54,414 nt of DNA from Chiloscyllium plagiosum (GCF_004010195.1 NW_025214900.1:1-54414); one strand, 5' to 3'; shown: positions 13,065 to 25,749, counted from the stretch's first letter. Translations and numbers: made by a program. Notes: generated by a model not told the origin, from the letters alone.

Positions 13065-13925
13065 TGATCAATCGGGTTGAGTCTGATTGTCCTCTGTAAG
13101 AGCATTATTTGTGTGTCTTCAAATGGCTGAAGAGGCCAACCTGGGATCCGCAGATTCTGTTGCAGTGTGGGCATTAGTGGGTGGTAATGGTGGTGGTGGG
13201 TTGACCTTCCTGATGTTCTGTCTCTCCTTGTGTAAGAGTCGTTTCTGTGCAGTCGCGTTGCTGGATGATGTTTTTCCAATGATTCCAGTTTGTGACCATG
13301 TTAACGTTGGTATGAAGTGTCTCGAGGTTGGTCCGGATGTTGTCTTTGAAGTGTTTCGTTTAGCCACCGGGACACACTGACCTTCCTTTCTGTTTTTGGA
13401 GGAATGAGTTGGGCATTTGGTTGACATAGCTGATCCATCAAAGTTGATGTTGAGTTATGGTGTTTGGATGCTGGCTATACTGATCTCCTCCAAGACACTG
13501 GTGTGAGTGCACTTCTCTTCCCAGGTGATCTGCAGGATTTTTCACAGAGATCTCTGTTGTTGTTGTTTCAGTGCTTTAAGGTGCCTACTGTAGATGGCCC
13601 ACATTTCAGCTTCATATAACAGTGTGGGAAGGACAACAGGTTTGTAGATCAGACATTTAGTCTGGATCTGTAGGTGCTCTCCTTCTTCTGAGTCGGGCAT
13701 AGGCTTTCACTGGCTCAGCTCAGATGGTATTGCATTACCGCACAGATGCTGACCGTGAAGCAGAGAAGGCTGACGAGGTATGGGAAGTGATCTGCATTTT
13801 CAAGTAGATGGTTATTGATCCTTATAGGAAGGGTGGAGGGACTGTTGGGTGGTGGCTGATGGAGTACTAGTGTCTTTTTTACATTATAGGTAAGGCCCAG
13901 GAGTGTATATGCTTTGTCATACAAT
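13065..13925 (-). mobile_element. Degenerate RTE-clade LINE (post-RT region and 3' end)
   Basis: GLTYNVKKTLVLHQPP...IRINNHLLENADHFPYLVSLL matches the RTE pattern GLxINxKKT...V..F.YLGS. Confidence 0.75.
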
Positions 13926-14289
13926 TAAAAGAGCATTTATACATATAGGATTAAGCTCAGTTATAACAGGTTCCATTGTTGTTTCCCAAACCTGTGCTCA
14001 TTTTACCACAACTCCATATTTGAACGTTTCCAAAAAGTTGAAATGTAGCCTAACCACAGCACTGAAATGGCCCTTATCAAAGTCACAAACTATACCCCTT
14101 GTAGCTGCGACAAAGGTAAATTATTTATCTATCTTCATACTTCTCAACTTGCTTGCATTATTTGCCATGGTTGGCCACAAAACCTTCAAAACCTGACTCC
14201 CATGGTCCAAGTGAGTGTACTGCCCACTCATCTCATTTTATTCTCATCGGTGCAATTATAATCAGGAGAATCACTTGCAAATTATTTGT

Positions 14290-14455
14290 TCTCTTGCATG
14301 GCTCCTCCAGTGGACTCCAAGAATATATTCTAGGCTTCCTGCTATTTCTCATCTACTGTGCATGCTTCCCTTGATGATGTCATGAAAAATCATAGCATCA
14401 GTTTCCATATACACACTGATGACATCAAGCTGTATCTTACCATTACCTCTCTCAA
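14290..14455 (+). mobile_element. L2-like RT fragment
   Basis: TACACTGATGACATCAAGCTGTATCTT region reads like YADDTQLYL (degenerate). Confidence 0.55.
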
Positions 14456-15102
14456 TTTTTATGAGCCATTGTCATTGTCAATGCCATTGTCTTCCATCTC
14501 TGCTAAAATCTTCAAACCCAAGCTACTGACAGAATGAACCAAATGGTTTTCTACGTTGACATCCAGTCTTTCCTGAGGCTTACCATTTACGTATTGAGAG
14601 TTGTTGTTTTAAATATTATTTGAGAGTCTAGGTGCTAAACTAGTGGCATTTGGGTATTGGTTGGTTTTTGAAAGGATTCAAAAATTAACTAGGTCAGTGT
14701 TTCCAGAAACATAATTTTAAAACCAGAATGTGTCAGACAACAGGTTACTGAAGAACAGTTCATCCACTTCACCAACACCTTCCACCCCGACCTCAAATTC
14801 ACCTGGACAGTCTCAGATTCCTCCCTCCCCTTCCTCGACCTTTCTATTTCTATCTCAGGCGACCGAATCAACACGGACATCTACTACAAACCGACTGACT
14901 CCCACAGCTAACTGGACTACACCTCCTCCCATCCTGCCCCCTGTAAAAACGCCATCCCATTCTCCCAAATCCTTCGACTCCGCCGCATCTGCTCCCAGGA
15001 GGACCAGAACAAAAATGCACAACCCAGATGGCCTCCTTCTTCAAGGAACGCAATTCCCCCCCCAACGTGGTCGACGATGCCCTCCACCGCATCTCTCCCA
15101 CT

Positions 15103-15799
15103 NNNNNNNNNNNNNNNNNNNNNNNNNNNNNNNNNNNNNNNNNNNNNNNNNNNNNNNNNNNNNNNNNNNNNNNNNNNNNNNNNNNNNNNNNNNNNNNNNN
15201 NNNNNNNNNNNNNNNNNNNNNNNNNNNNNNNNNNNNNNNNNNNNNNNNNNNNNNNNNNNNNNNNNNNNNNNNNNNNNNNNNNNNNNNNNNNNNNNNNNNN
15301 NNNNNNNNNNNNNNNNNNNNNNNNNNNNNNNNNNNNNNNNNNNNNNNNNNNNNNNNNNNNNNNNNNNNNNNNNNNNNNNNNNNNNNNNNNNNNNNNNNNN
15401 NNNNNNNNNNNNNNNNNNNNNNNNNNNNNNNNNNNNNNNNNNNNNNNNNNNNNNNNNNNNNNNNNNNNNNNNNNNNNNNNNNNNNNNNNNNNNNNNNNNN
15501 NNNNNNNNNNNNNNNNNNNNNNNNNNNNNNNNNNNNNNNNNNNNNNNNNNNNNNNNNNNNNNNNNNNNNNNNNNNNNNNNNNNNNNNNNNNNNNNNNNNN
15601 NNNNNNNNNNNNNNNNNNNNNNNNNNNNNNNNNNNNNNNNNNNNNNNNNNNNNNNNNNNNNNNNNNNNNNNNNNNNNNNNNNNNNNNNNNNNNNNNNNNN
15701 NNNNNNNNNNNNNNNNNNNNNNNNNNNNNNNNNNNNNNNNNNNNNNNNNNNNNNNNNNNNNNNNNNNNNNNNNNNNNNNNNNNNNNNNNNNNNNNNNNN
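15103..15799. other. Assembly gap (N run)
   Basis: 697 consecutive N. Confidence 1.
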
Positions 15800-15802
15800 T
15801 TC

Positions 15803-15830
15803 CTGAAGAAGGGCTTATGCCCGAAACGTC
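15803..15830 (+). ncRNA. Minimal hammerhead ribozyme motif (PLE type)
   Basis: CTGAAGA-A-GGGC-TTAT-GCCC-GAAA-CG-TC; palindromic ACGT stem III; predicted cleavage after 15830. Confidence 0.75.
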
Positions 15831-16089
15831 GATTCTCCTGTTCCCTGGATGCTGCCTGACCTGCTGCGCTTTTCCAGCAACACATTTCCAGCTCTGATCT
15901 CCAGCATCTGCAGACCTCACTTTCTCCTCAAAGGTTACTGAAGGACCCAAGTATTAATAGAAGTTTGTTTATATTGTGTAGGTTTATCACAGGAGAGGGA
16001 AAACATTAAGACATTAGCATCAGCAAATTCTATGATACGCAAGTTTTTAACTAATTAATTCAAAAACTTTAGTTTTCAAAGAAATGATA

Positions 16090-17660
16090 CTGGACGGACC
16101 ACCTGGCATCAACTTAGGCACCAGAAATGAGAGCAACAAAAACAGTCCTGACAACCCTGCAAATTCCTCCTCATTAAGATCTGAGGACGACTACCAAAAT
16201 TGGAAGAGTTGTGTCATAGACTAGTTAAGCAACAGTGTGCTATAGTCATACTTACAGAATCATACCTTACAATGTCCCAGACACTACCGTCACCATCCCT
16301 AGATACTCCCATCCCACTAACACGACCAGACCTAGTACAGTGGTACACAGTCAGGAGAGAGTTGCCCTGGGAGTCCTCACCATTGATGCCGGAATCCAAG
16401 TGTTAGGGCAGAAAACATTTCCTGCTGATTACCACGTACCATCCTCCCTCGGCTAATTAATCATTACCCTTCCCTGTTGAGCAACACTTGAAGGAAGCAC
16501 AGAGGATGGCAAGGCATAAAATTTCAAGGAATTTCAATGTCCTATTAGGATGGACTTTGAACAGATCTAGCAACTCAAAATGGGCATATACAAGGTGCTG
16601 TGGGCCATCAACAGCAGCAGAATTGTACTCCAGCATTATCTGCAACCTCATGGCCTGGCATATTCCAGACTCAACCATCACAATCAAGCCAGGAGGTAAA
16701 CCCTGGTTCAATTGAGAATGCAGGACGGCATGCCAGGAGCAGCACCAGGTATATCTAAAAGTGAGGTGTCAACCTAGTGAAGCGACCAAACAGGACTACT
16801 TGTGTGTCAAACATCATGAGCAAGTGATAGACAGAGCTGACTGATCCCACAACCAGCAGATCAGACCCAAGCTTTGCAGTCCTGCCACAACCAACTGTGG
16901 CCTGCCAAAATTAAACAATTCACTGGAAGAGGTGGCTCTACAAAATACCCCTATCCTCAAAGATGGGAGAGCCTAGTACATGAGTACAAAAGATAAGGCT
17001 CAAGCATTTGCAACAATCTTCAGCCAGAAGTGCTGAGTGGATGATCCATCTCAGCCTCCTCCAGTGGCTGTAAGAATAGATGAGAGGCTAGGAATATTGC
17101 AAGAAGTAACTAATCTCCCCAAAGCCTGTGCACAAACAAACAGCATGTCAGGGAAGTGACGGAATATTCCTCAATGTGTCTGGATGGGTACAGTTCCAAC
17201 AACATTCAAGAAGCTTGACATCATCCAGGACAGAGCAGCCTGCTTGATTGGCACCACAACCATTTCTTCCACCGTTGACTCTCAGTAGCAGCAGTGTGTA
17301 CTATCTACAAAATGCAATGCAGAAATTCACCAGAGATCCTTAGACAGCACCTTTCAAGCTTATGACCACTTCCATCTAGAGCAATAAGAGCAGCAGATAC
17401 ATGGGAACATCACCTCATGCACGTTCTGGTCCAAGCCAGTCATCCTGACTTAGAAATATATAATCATTCGTACAGTATCACTGGGTTAAAATCCTGGAAT
17501 TCCCTCCCCAATGACATTGTGGATCAATCTACAGCACATGAACTGCAGTGATTCAAGAAGGTAGCTCTCACCTCCACCTTCTCAAAGGTAACTGAGCACG
17601 GGCAATAAATGCTGGTAGCTAGCGATGCCCATATCCCTTGAGCGAATACAAGAACAAAAA
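16090..17660 (+). mobile_element. Degenerate, internally deleted non-LTR LINE (CR1/L2-like clade)
   Basis: APE-endonuclease-like LCHRLVKQQCAIVILTESYL, ITIKPGGKPWFN and a C-terminal WNSLP-like segment; related antisense copy at about 46400-48350. Confidence 0.7.
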
Positions 17661-17699
17661 TTACTGTAAAACACTTAAGTTACAAAAGGTATATTTTAC

Positions 17700-19100
17700 T
17701 GATCAAAAATCGCTGCAACAAGTTACAATACCACGGATTAAAATTTGTTCAATTATTTCCCCGGTACCTTAATTCCTGAACTGATGTGTTAAAAGGTTGT
17801 AAATCAATACCTAACATTGGACAGACGTGTAGAATGTTTCCGGGCTCATTTCATGACGCTATTATTACCGAATTACCCCCACTAGAAACGGGCTACACTG
17901 CGCCAATGTTGCTGATACTACCTACAGTGCTGCTCAGAATTCAGAGCAGGCCAGCAGTACTGGAGGAACTGAATCTGCACATTCTTCCCTCGAAGTTGAG
18001 TATGGGATTGTACACTGCTGCTTCGAAATGGCGATTTTCCGGAATTCTTGCCATAGCTGATTTTTTGTCGGAATGATAAATCGAGGGCTGACAGTCAGTT
18101 CTCAATGGGGTCAATTCTAAATTATTCTAAATCTTTTGCCTAAAACTTGGTTTCGATTAGCATCCGAGTTAACCAGAGCTTCGTTTTACTTTCTATTTAG
18201 AACTTAATGCGAGGTTGTAAACTTCGAGATGAAGTGGCTGCAGGCAAATTCTACTGCTTGCGCTTCGGCACGTTTACGAAACTGATCGCCGAAAAAGAAC
18301 ATTTTTACATAAATGCGGTGCTGAAGTTGCGAAATGAGCAACAAAAACGTCGCCAGTGAGATTAGCCAAATCCGGGGTTTATGTTGCTTCTGAACCAAGT
18401 ACGGTTTTCAACCCTTACCCTCATTGCCCGAAACACAATGTCTTCAATCTTCGGCTTTCAGTCCGCTAATGAATGTAGGATTTCGCACAAGAAGACCGTG
18501 CTACGCTCCAGTAGTTTTCTAATCCACATTTTTATGCGAATCTACTATCGCACATTTCGACTCCTAACCCTGCAGATTTCATCCTTCGGTTTTGAATCTG
18601 ACGGCTAAGGTATTGTTTGATAGGAAAAGGAAAAACGCGCACACAATCCTCTAGACAGTGGCGCTTGTTATTAAAAATGAATTGAAAAGACCTAGCGATG
18701 CCGGAATCGTTTTGTGTCGGCCGCCAGCAGCTCTGATGCAGATTAATTATCCGTTTCGGCTTAGTTTACCACTCCCCTGCCCCGGGTGACCTGAGCGCAG
18801 AGCGACGTCTCAGACGGAAACTGATGAATAGAGATCAGTTACAGCACTCTGCATCTCACCTCCTGCTCACAGAGATTCATCAGGAGCAGAGGCGCAATAC
18901 CTTGTTTGCAACCAACGCAACAGACAGCGACAGCGTTGCAAGGATTTGCTTCCAAAGTGTTAAAATGGGGGAGAAGGCTGGCCCACAAGACCAGCTTTCT
19001 GTACTTAATTTCCTGAACACAGGCTGAACCATACAGCAGATACTACACCTATACACCAAGGCACTCGCTACTTCATGTGTGGGAATAAACACGTGACCTT
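17700..19100. promoter_or_regulatory. CpG-retaining unique block
   Basis: High CpG density, no recognised repeat, no credible ORF. Confidence 0.45.
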
Positions 19101-19369
19101 GTGTACACACATCGTGAATACATTCTTTGTGAAATATTGTTCAATCACATCGATGCATTTCTTTTTAAATCTGGTAAAAGGTACCTGGAAGCAAGTTGTG
19201 TATCCTGCCTCCTGGGTGAAATTAAGCCAAATATAATGTGTACAGTGCAAAATATTCAATGTTTTTGGTTACAAATGCTAATTTGGAATAAGTCAATCAT
19301 GCCTGATATTGCATTCATTTTGTTCTTTAAAGTCCTCCCTGCAACAATAGAACAGTTACAATGAGCCTT

Positions 19370-19995
19370 TAAATGCAGCAAAACTGCCCAAAGCATTTCA
19401 CGGAGGGATCATCAAACAAAATTTGACATCGAAAGAGATGAATGGTCTTTAGGACAGATTTGGCCAAAGGAGTAAGTTTTAAAGAGCATTTTTAAAGGCG
19501 GGAGAGCGAAACTGCATAACCTCCATTGTTTAAAAAAAGAGGCCAGAGTTGAAGGAGCGCTGAGAGCCGAAGGCTAGAGGCTTGGAGAAGGTTAGATAGA
19601 TAGGAAGGACGAGGTCATGGAAGGGTTTTACATTTGATAGTCCATGAGTTGCTATGCTGGGAACCAACGCGGGTTACCAGGCGCGGGTATGGTGGGCGAG
19701 TTTACGCCGATTCAAGTTTACAGCCAGTGAAAGATGGGAGGCCACCTCGGAATATGAAGTCTCTGGAGACGAGAAACAGGCTTGATGGTTTCAGCAACAG
19801 ATAAAGCGGAAGCAGGGAGCATGTTGTTAAGTGTGGGTGGTGTGGGTGATGAAGCACAGCTCACATTGGATGTGTCTGGGTTCAGGTCAGGCTTAGGCAG
19901 TGCGCACCCAAGGGGATTGAATGGTTGGAGAACAAAGTTTGGCATGGGGACCAGAAACAATGGCCTCAGACCTCCCAACAATTAACTGAAGGAAA
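19370..19995 (-). mobile_element. L2-like LINE 3' fragment
   Basis: TCAAACAAAATTTGACATCG...AGGAGTAAGTTTTAAAGAGC motif shared with 33440-33840, 41020-41280 and 43440-43870. Confidence 0.55.
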
Positions 19996-20814
19996 TGTTT
20001 AATCAAACGGCTGAACTTCAGGCCTTCAAACTGTGTGACTTGGATCCAAACTTCCTCTTTCGAACAAACATTAATACGTAATTCTATTCATGGGAACATC
20101 TGCACATTGCCATAGGTGACTTCAGCCTATTTAAGATTAAGCTGCGACCTCAAACTTGTATTTGTAATGTTTTTTCCCCGGAACCCGCTTAATATGAACT
20201 TCTGCACAAAGGACAACTCAAAAACGACTGTTGTGTAATAATCTCGTGTGTGTCCTGTCACCTTATTCTTCCTAGGAGGCTTGGCCGCTGTACTTCCCCA
20301 ACCCGGAGGATGTGCGTGTGAGTCTTCCATCTCCAGAATCAGCTCTCTGAAGGAAACGCTTCAGCCAGGCAAGTCCAGAATCCCCGGTTTTTGTCAAGTT
20401 GAGCTGGAGGAATAGAAACCCTCCGCTTACGGTTCCTATGCACGTGACGCTTTCGTTGGGTAACCGTCCACTGAAGTACATCTCCGGCACACGGCCAGCG
20501 TTTGAGGCTCTCCCAACATCATTCAGCAGTCGGAATCTCTACACCATACAGCTGTCTCTAACCCGATCAAGTGATACAAGAGGTCTCTTTTAAAATCCAA
20601 CCTGAGTGAATACATGGGGTCTCACAATGCCCCGTTTAACCTTGTTGCGGTAGGTTGTGTATATTGAAAAGGAAACGGTCTATAGGGAAAGTCTCTTTCC
20701 AGTTAGCGAGGACTTGGACATTAGGGCTGCTTCTCCGGCTGAGCCATCTCACGCAATGCTGCTGCTGCCGCCGAGACCTCCCAGCTCCGCGCCCACTTAA
20801 CAAAGATCAGCAAC

Positions 20815-20849
20815 TATAAAGCTCATCGCTGGAGTTCGGACTCCAGTTC
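20815..20849 (+). promoter_or_regulatory. Candidate TATA-Inr core promoter (predicted TSS A20845)
   Basis: TATAAA at 20815-20820 and CCAGTTC (YYANWYY) with its A exactly 30 nt downstream, in a GC/CpG-rich block. Confidence 0.55.
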
Positions 20850-21724
20850 GCCTTCTGCAGCAACAGCCTCGACCAGAATTATCTCGGAACAGAACAGACT
20901 CGGGCCTGACTGCTACTTCCTGCGTTCAAGAATGTGGCCTCGGGAAATAAATTAGCTTCAGTAAAGCGAAACAAAATAGTCACGTGAGCTCAGCTACCCA
21001 TTCACCAGCCGCTTCGTCCACAACTTGAGCTCAAGTTTCGGCTGTTCTGTCTAAACCTTTTAGAAGCCTATTTACAAAATCCCATACACCACTAATACGT
21101 GTGATCGTTTCTTTTAAATTTTCTGTAATTTAATTGATACGCCCAATCATTTGAAAAGGGGGCACCAACCCTGAAACCCTGCAGACATGTCCATCCGCTC
21201 TCCGCTCTTATCAGAGTACACAAATTGTCTTTTCAACTTCACAGATCAGTATGGTGCCAGAGCGGCGGTGTGATGGGACGGTTCATTTTCTTGTACAGTC
21301 ATTCTCACGGACTTCACTTATTGCATATTCCGTATTGTCTTTCTGCTCGAAGAATATCCTGAGGGACATACTTGAGACTGACAATCAGGAACATATTAAG
21401 AGCCTGGAGTAGACCATTCGATCCCTCAAATCTGCCCCGCAATTCTATTAGGATCAAGGCTGTGTCTTTCCTTCCAGTTTCCCATTCCTCTTGCCCGTCT
21501 ACCAGCTGACCAATTATTATTACTCCATAAAATCTAAAATCTAGGATGTCGAATGCGTTCTCATTTTCTTTTGCAACCTTTTGTGCCACTTTTAACAACT
21601 ATATCTGAACAATTAAGCACTCCGCTCCTCTACGTTTCTTTTTTAAAAATGCACCGTTTCTTTCTTCCTTCCCAAAGAGATCACTTGAAAATCTAGTACA
21701 TTATGTCAACCTTCACTCAACAGG

Positions 21725-21980
21725 GGCCCTCTCACCTCTGAGTTACAAGGCCATGGGCTCAAGTCTCACTTGAGACTTCAGCAGAAAGGCAATTAGTGAT
21801 GTCCATGCCTTGACATCCGCATCCCGAAAGGGAATTTTTAAACTAACTGACAATTTAATATGGTGCTGAGGAAATGCTTATGTGTCGAAGGTCTAAATTT
21901 TCAGAGGAGACGAAAGGAGATCCCACAGCATTATTTGAATCAGAGCATGGAGCTTCCCCAGATTTATTGCTAACATCATT
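21725..21980 (+). mobile_element. Degenerate DeuSINE/SacSINE-like SINE
   Basis: tRNA-like head CTCTGAGTTACAAGGCCATGGGCTCAAGTC and Deu-like AGATCCCACAGCATTATTTGAATCAGAGCATGGAG. Confidence 0.5.
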
Positions 21981-23899
21981 AAATATATTGACCTAAATAT
22001 TCAGCTGCACCCATTGGTATGGTGCTCTGATAATTATCCACCACCAAAATTGCGAGATTCAAGATGCCTCCGATATTCAGTAACTGAATTCATTCGTGTG
22101 GTGGGAAATAGGGAGTCAAAAATCGTGAGGACATGGGGAAGACCTGGAAAAATTGTGGTGATCCAGAGGATTCTTTAACGTGTGGTCGGGACTAATAATC
22201 CTGTTCCCTCACTCCTACTCCAAGTGGCTCTACGTCCAGGCAAGGCACTTGTCTACGTGGTTAGTAACAGTGCTGTTTTTCCTAGGTTAAGCCACGGACT
22301 GCCCTCAGGGCAAACAGATATTGGAATAGGAGCTGAAAGCAGGCATGGGCCTCTTATTTTCACATGCACAGGAACACAATACCTACTCTATGGGCAGATA
22401 AGAATGGCTCCTGCTTTTACTCAATATGACAGCTGGCCCATTCTATTTGGGAAGCACAGCATGGTTCCTACCCGTCACGTGGGGCCTCAACGGCCACCCT
22501 TTTTTTCCGGGTACTATGTGGCCCAATATCTAGGTTCATTATCTGATCATTTGAACACAGCACTAAAAGTACTGAACAAAGTTACTGCTATACTCGGGGC
22601 ACTACAACAGGGTTAAGATTGGAAAGTATCTTAATGACCATGAAAAACTCTGGAATGTTCTGAGAAAGTGAAAAGCACAGAGAGAAAAAAAACTAGTTTT
22701 ATGTTGGTCTTTATGCAGCATTCAGGATTCTATTTGTACAGGAACAGTGGGTGCTGTGAACAAAATGTCTTGTGAATGACTGCAAGCAACAGGGGCAGCA
22801 CCTTATGTTTCATGACAGCCTGAAACTGAATCCAAAATATTTTCCAAGAACGAGTTTCATAACTGAAACATGGAGGACGTTAAACAGGAAGAAAGTAGTC
22901 AACGCAGCAAGACTTTCGTGTTAACGAAGGAAAATTGGCATTGTCCAGTAAGATCCGAGAATCTTCCAAAATATTCGCGCGCGACACAAATAGTAAAGTT
23001 GAAAGGTGAGTGTGAATGGGAAGCAAATTTGAAACAGAGCGTCTCAGAGGAATGAAGAGTTCGCCGGAAGCCCCCGCGCTTTTGCAGGAAGGCAGTGAGT
23101 AAATGGACGATCGTTACCCTCATACAGCAGGGGGAAACTTCAGCATGCTGAACCTCCTGTCCAAACAAAAAAATCCATGCTAACATCACTACAGCCTATC
23201 AGGAAGAAATGGATGAACCCAAGCACCAGTGAATTGCCCAAGCCTTAGGTGAACAACATCACAGCCCTCCCCCAGTGAGGACGAGCCCACTCCACCATCC
23301 TGCACAAATTCCCTGTCGCCTCCCATGGAGCGTGAATCACAATCCTCTCCTCGCAGCTGGAAAGACCACACCCCCTCGCTGGCTGAGCAGCCAAATCATG
23401 TGAAAGACGAGAGTTAAAAGGCTCGACTATCAAAAGCCGCCAACGCCTTTGGGCTGGACGCAATGGAGCAATGAGCTGGGCTGAGGTCCTAAACTAGATG
23501 GAATCAATATTTGTAATTCAGCAAGGTACCTCCCCTTCCAAATAGGCAGGAAGCACCCCCTCCCGCTAAATATGGAATCGTCGCTGTCCTTCGTCAATGA
23601 TCACCAACATCAAATCCCAACCTCGCATTGTGAACCAAAATCCTCAGGCTCCTCCGCCCCCGCCCCAAGGTGATTAGGATTTATGGCCTTCCCAAAGCGA
23701 GAACCAATTCTAACCCGAAACTCCCTCTCCACCCGAACAGAAATCCTCTCCGGGTCTCCTCTCTTCCTGCTCAGCTCTCTTCTTTCATCACCACCCTTTA
23801 TCCGGTTCCTCCAGCTACCCCCCCACCCACCCCCTAAATCTTGCCCCCTTCCCCACCTCTCCTCCTTTAACACTTCCTTCTTTGCAGCTCAATTCAAAT

Positions 23900-24692
23900 G
23901 TGGATAAAGTGAGGACTGCAGATGCTGGAGATAAGAGCTGAAAATGTGTTGCTGGAAAAGCGCAGCAGGTCAGGCAGCATCCAAGGAACAGGAGAATCGA
24001 CATTTCGGGCATAAGCCCTTCTTCAGGAATGAGGAAAGTGTGTCCATCAGGCTAAGATAAAAGGTAGGGAGGAGGGACTTGGGGGAGGGGCTTTGGAAAT
24101 GCCATAGGTGGAAGGAGGTCAAGATGAGGGTGACAGGCCGGAGTGGGGGTGGGGGCGGACTTGCGGAACATTTCAGAGAACACCTCAGGGACACCCGGAC
24201 CAACCAACCCAACCACCCCATGGCTCAACACTTCAACTCCCCCTCCCACTCCACCAAGGACATGCAGGTCCTTGGACTCCTCCATCGCCAGACCATAGCA
24301 ACACGACGGTTGGAGGAAGAGCGCCTCATCTTCCGTCTAGGAACACTCCAACCACAAGGGATGAACTCAGATTTCTCCAGTTTCCTCATTTCCCCTCCCC
24401 CCACCTTGTCTCAGTCAAATCCCTCCAACTCAGCACCACCTTCCTAACTTGCAATCTTCTTCCTGACCTCTCCGCCCCCACCCCAGTCTGACCTATCACC
24501 CTCACCTTAACCTCCTTCCACCTATCACATTTCCAACGCCCCTCCCCCAAGTCCCTCCTCCCTACCTTTTATCTTAGCCTGCTGGACACACTTTCCTCAT
24601 TCCTGAAGAAGGGCTTATGCCCGAAACGTCGATTCTCCTGTTCCTTGGATGCTGCCTGACCTGCTGCGCTTTTCCAGCAACACATTTTCAGT
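23900..24692 (+). mobile_element. Penelope-like element remnant: GIY-YIG C-terminal fragment between about 225-bp inverted termini
   Basis: LAEHFREHLRDTRTNQPNHPMAQHFNSPSH...RRLEEERLIFRLGTLQPQGMN; inverted arms about 23935-24159 and 24471-24691; TSD TCAATTCAAAT at 23889-23899 and 24693-24703. Confidence 0.93.
24603..24630 (+). ncRNA. Minimal hammerhead ribozyme motif (PLE type)
   Basis: CTGAAGA-A-GGGC-TTAT-GCCC-GAAA-CG-TC; an antisense counterpart in the left arm (about 23999-24026) carries an ACGT>ATGT change. Confidence 0.75.
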
Positions 24693-25749
24693 TCAATTCA
24701 AATACCCGCCTCAGTCGATCTTGGCTATTCGTGCGCAATGCGACGAAGGGTTATCTAGGATTTTCCTTATTTGTTTGTGAGAAAAGCATTTAAGGCAACA
24801 ATAGGTCTGCGGGAGACATTACCGTTCAGGGCCCACAAGTAATACTCTGCTTCCTGTCCTTGAACCACCGCATTACACATTGCCCGGTTGTATATACAGC
24901 ATTATCACTATACAAAGTGATAATCATGTGATAGATGACACTAACATTCCCATGAACCGAACTACATTTACAGCCAACCCCACGTTTATTTTGGCAGCCA
25001 TTTACCTCCTTCGGAAAGTCACAGGGAAAACACACGGGACAAGTAAATGCCTTCAGAACCCAAAGCACTTGTCTGGTTTTCTGGGAATATTTATGGTGCA
25101 GAGGAAACCCCCGAATACAGCATTTGAAAGACTCAAAGTTCAAGTGCTGATGTATTATTCACATCCAACTCATCAGTAACAACGCAAGTTGAAGGACCGA
25201 ACGCAGACTTGATCTAAACACTCAGGCGCCGCTTCCATGCATATCCTTGATCGCCCCCGCTGTCAACACACTCTTGACGCAGTGGACAGGAACAGAATTT
25301 ATGACATTGTTATACCTACCCCAACTAAAACTGGCCGTTCAAAACTATTGGTTCGTGCAAGGGAACTAAAGTGACACAAAAATAAGTCAGCCCCAAGAAA
25401 TTGTCTTCCTTGTGGCAAGTTTCTCGCAGTACTGTGCATTCTAAAACACGTACAAACATGAATAAATGCAGATTCCACTTTCTGCTGGTTTAGGCATGCA
25501 CCAAAAAGAGGGCAACTAAACGCTAAATGAGTGAATTGCAAATACAATAAAAAGTGACAACAGGTGACCAAGCCCGTAGACATTTAGACCATAACAGAAT
25601 GATAATATCATTCAGCTTTCCGGGCGGTATGGCAGATAACTGTTCCATGCATCCCTCTATTGTTTTATCCTTGGCATCATAAGCAATTTAAGATCGACTT
25701 TTTGATTGGGGTAAATTGAATTGTGTTTGTCAAGATATAATGTATATTA

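Larger units (their letters stand above)
14754..15931 (+). mobile_element. 5'-truncated Penelope-like retroelement spanning the assembly gap
   Basis: Translation QFIHFTNTFHPDLKFTWTVSDSSLPFLDLSISISGDRINTDIYYKPTDSHS*LDYTSSHPAPCKNAIPFSQILRLRRICS (PLE RT C-terminus/thumb); family A terminus right of the gap; exact 12-bp TSD AGGTTACTGAAG at 14742-14753 and 15932-15943. Confidence 0.92.

Noticed and set aside
14730..15950. Long ORFs of 260-360 aa in the ORF track
   Set aside because: Artefacts of translating through the N gap; the real coding remnant is a PLE RT in a frame broken by a stop
22182..22616. 144-aa plus-strand ORF
   Set aside because: Non-ATG start, no recognisable domain and no convincing exon structure
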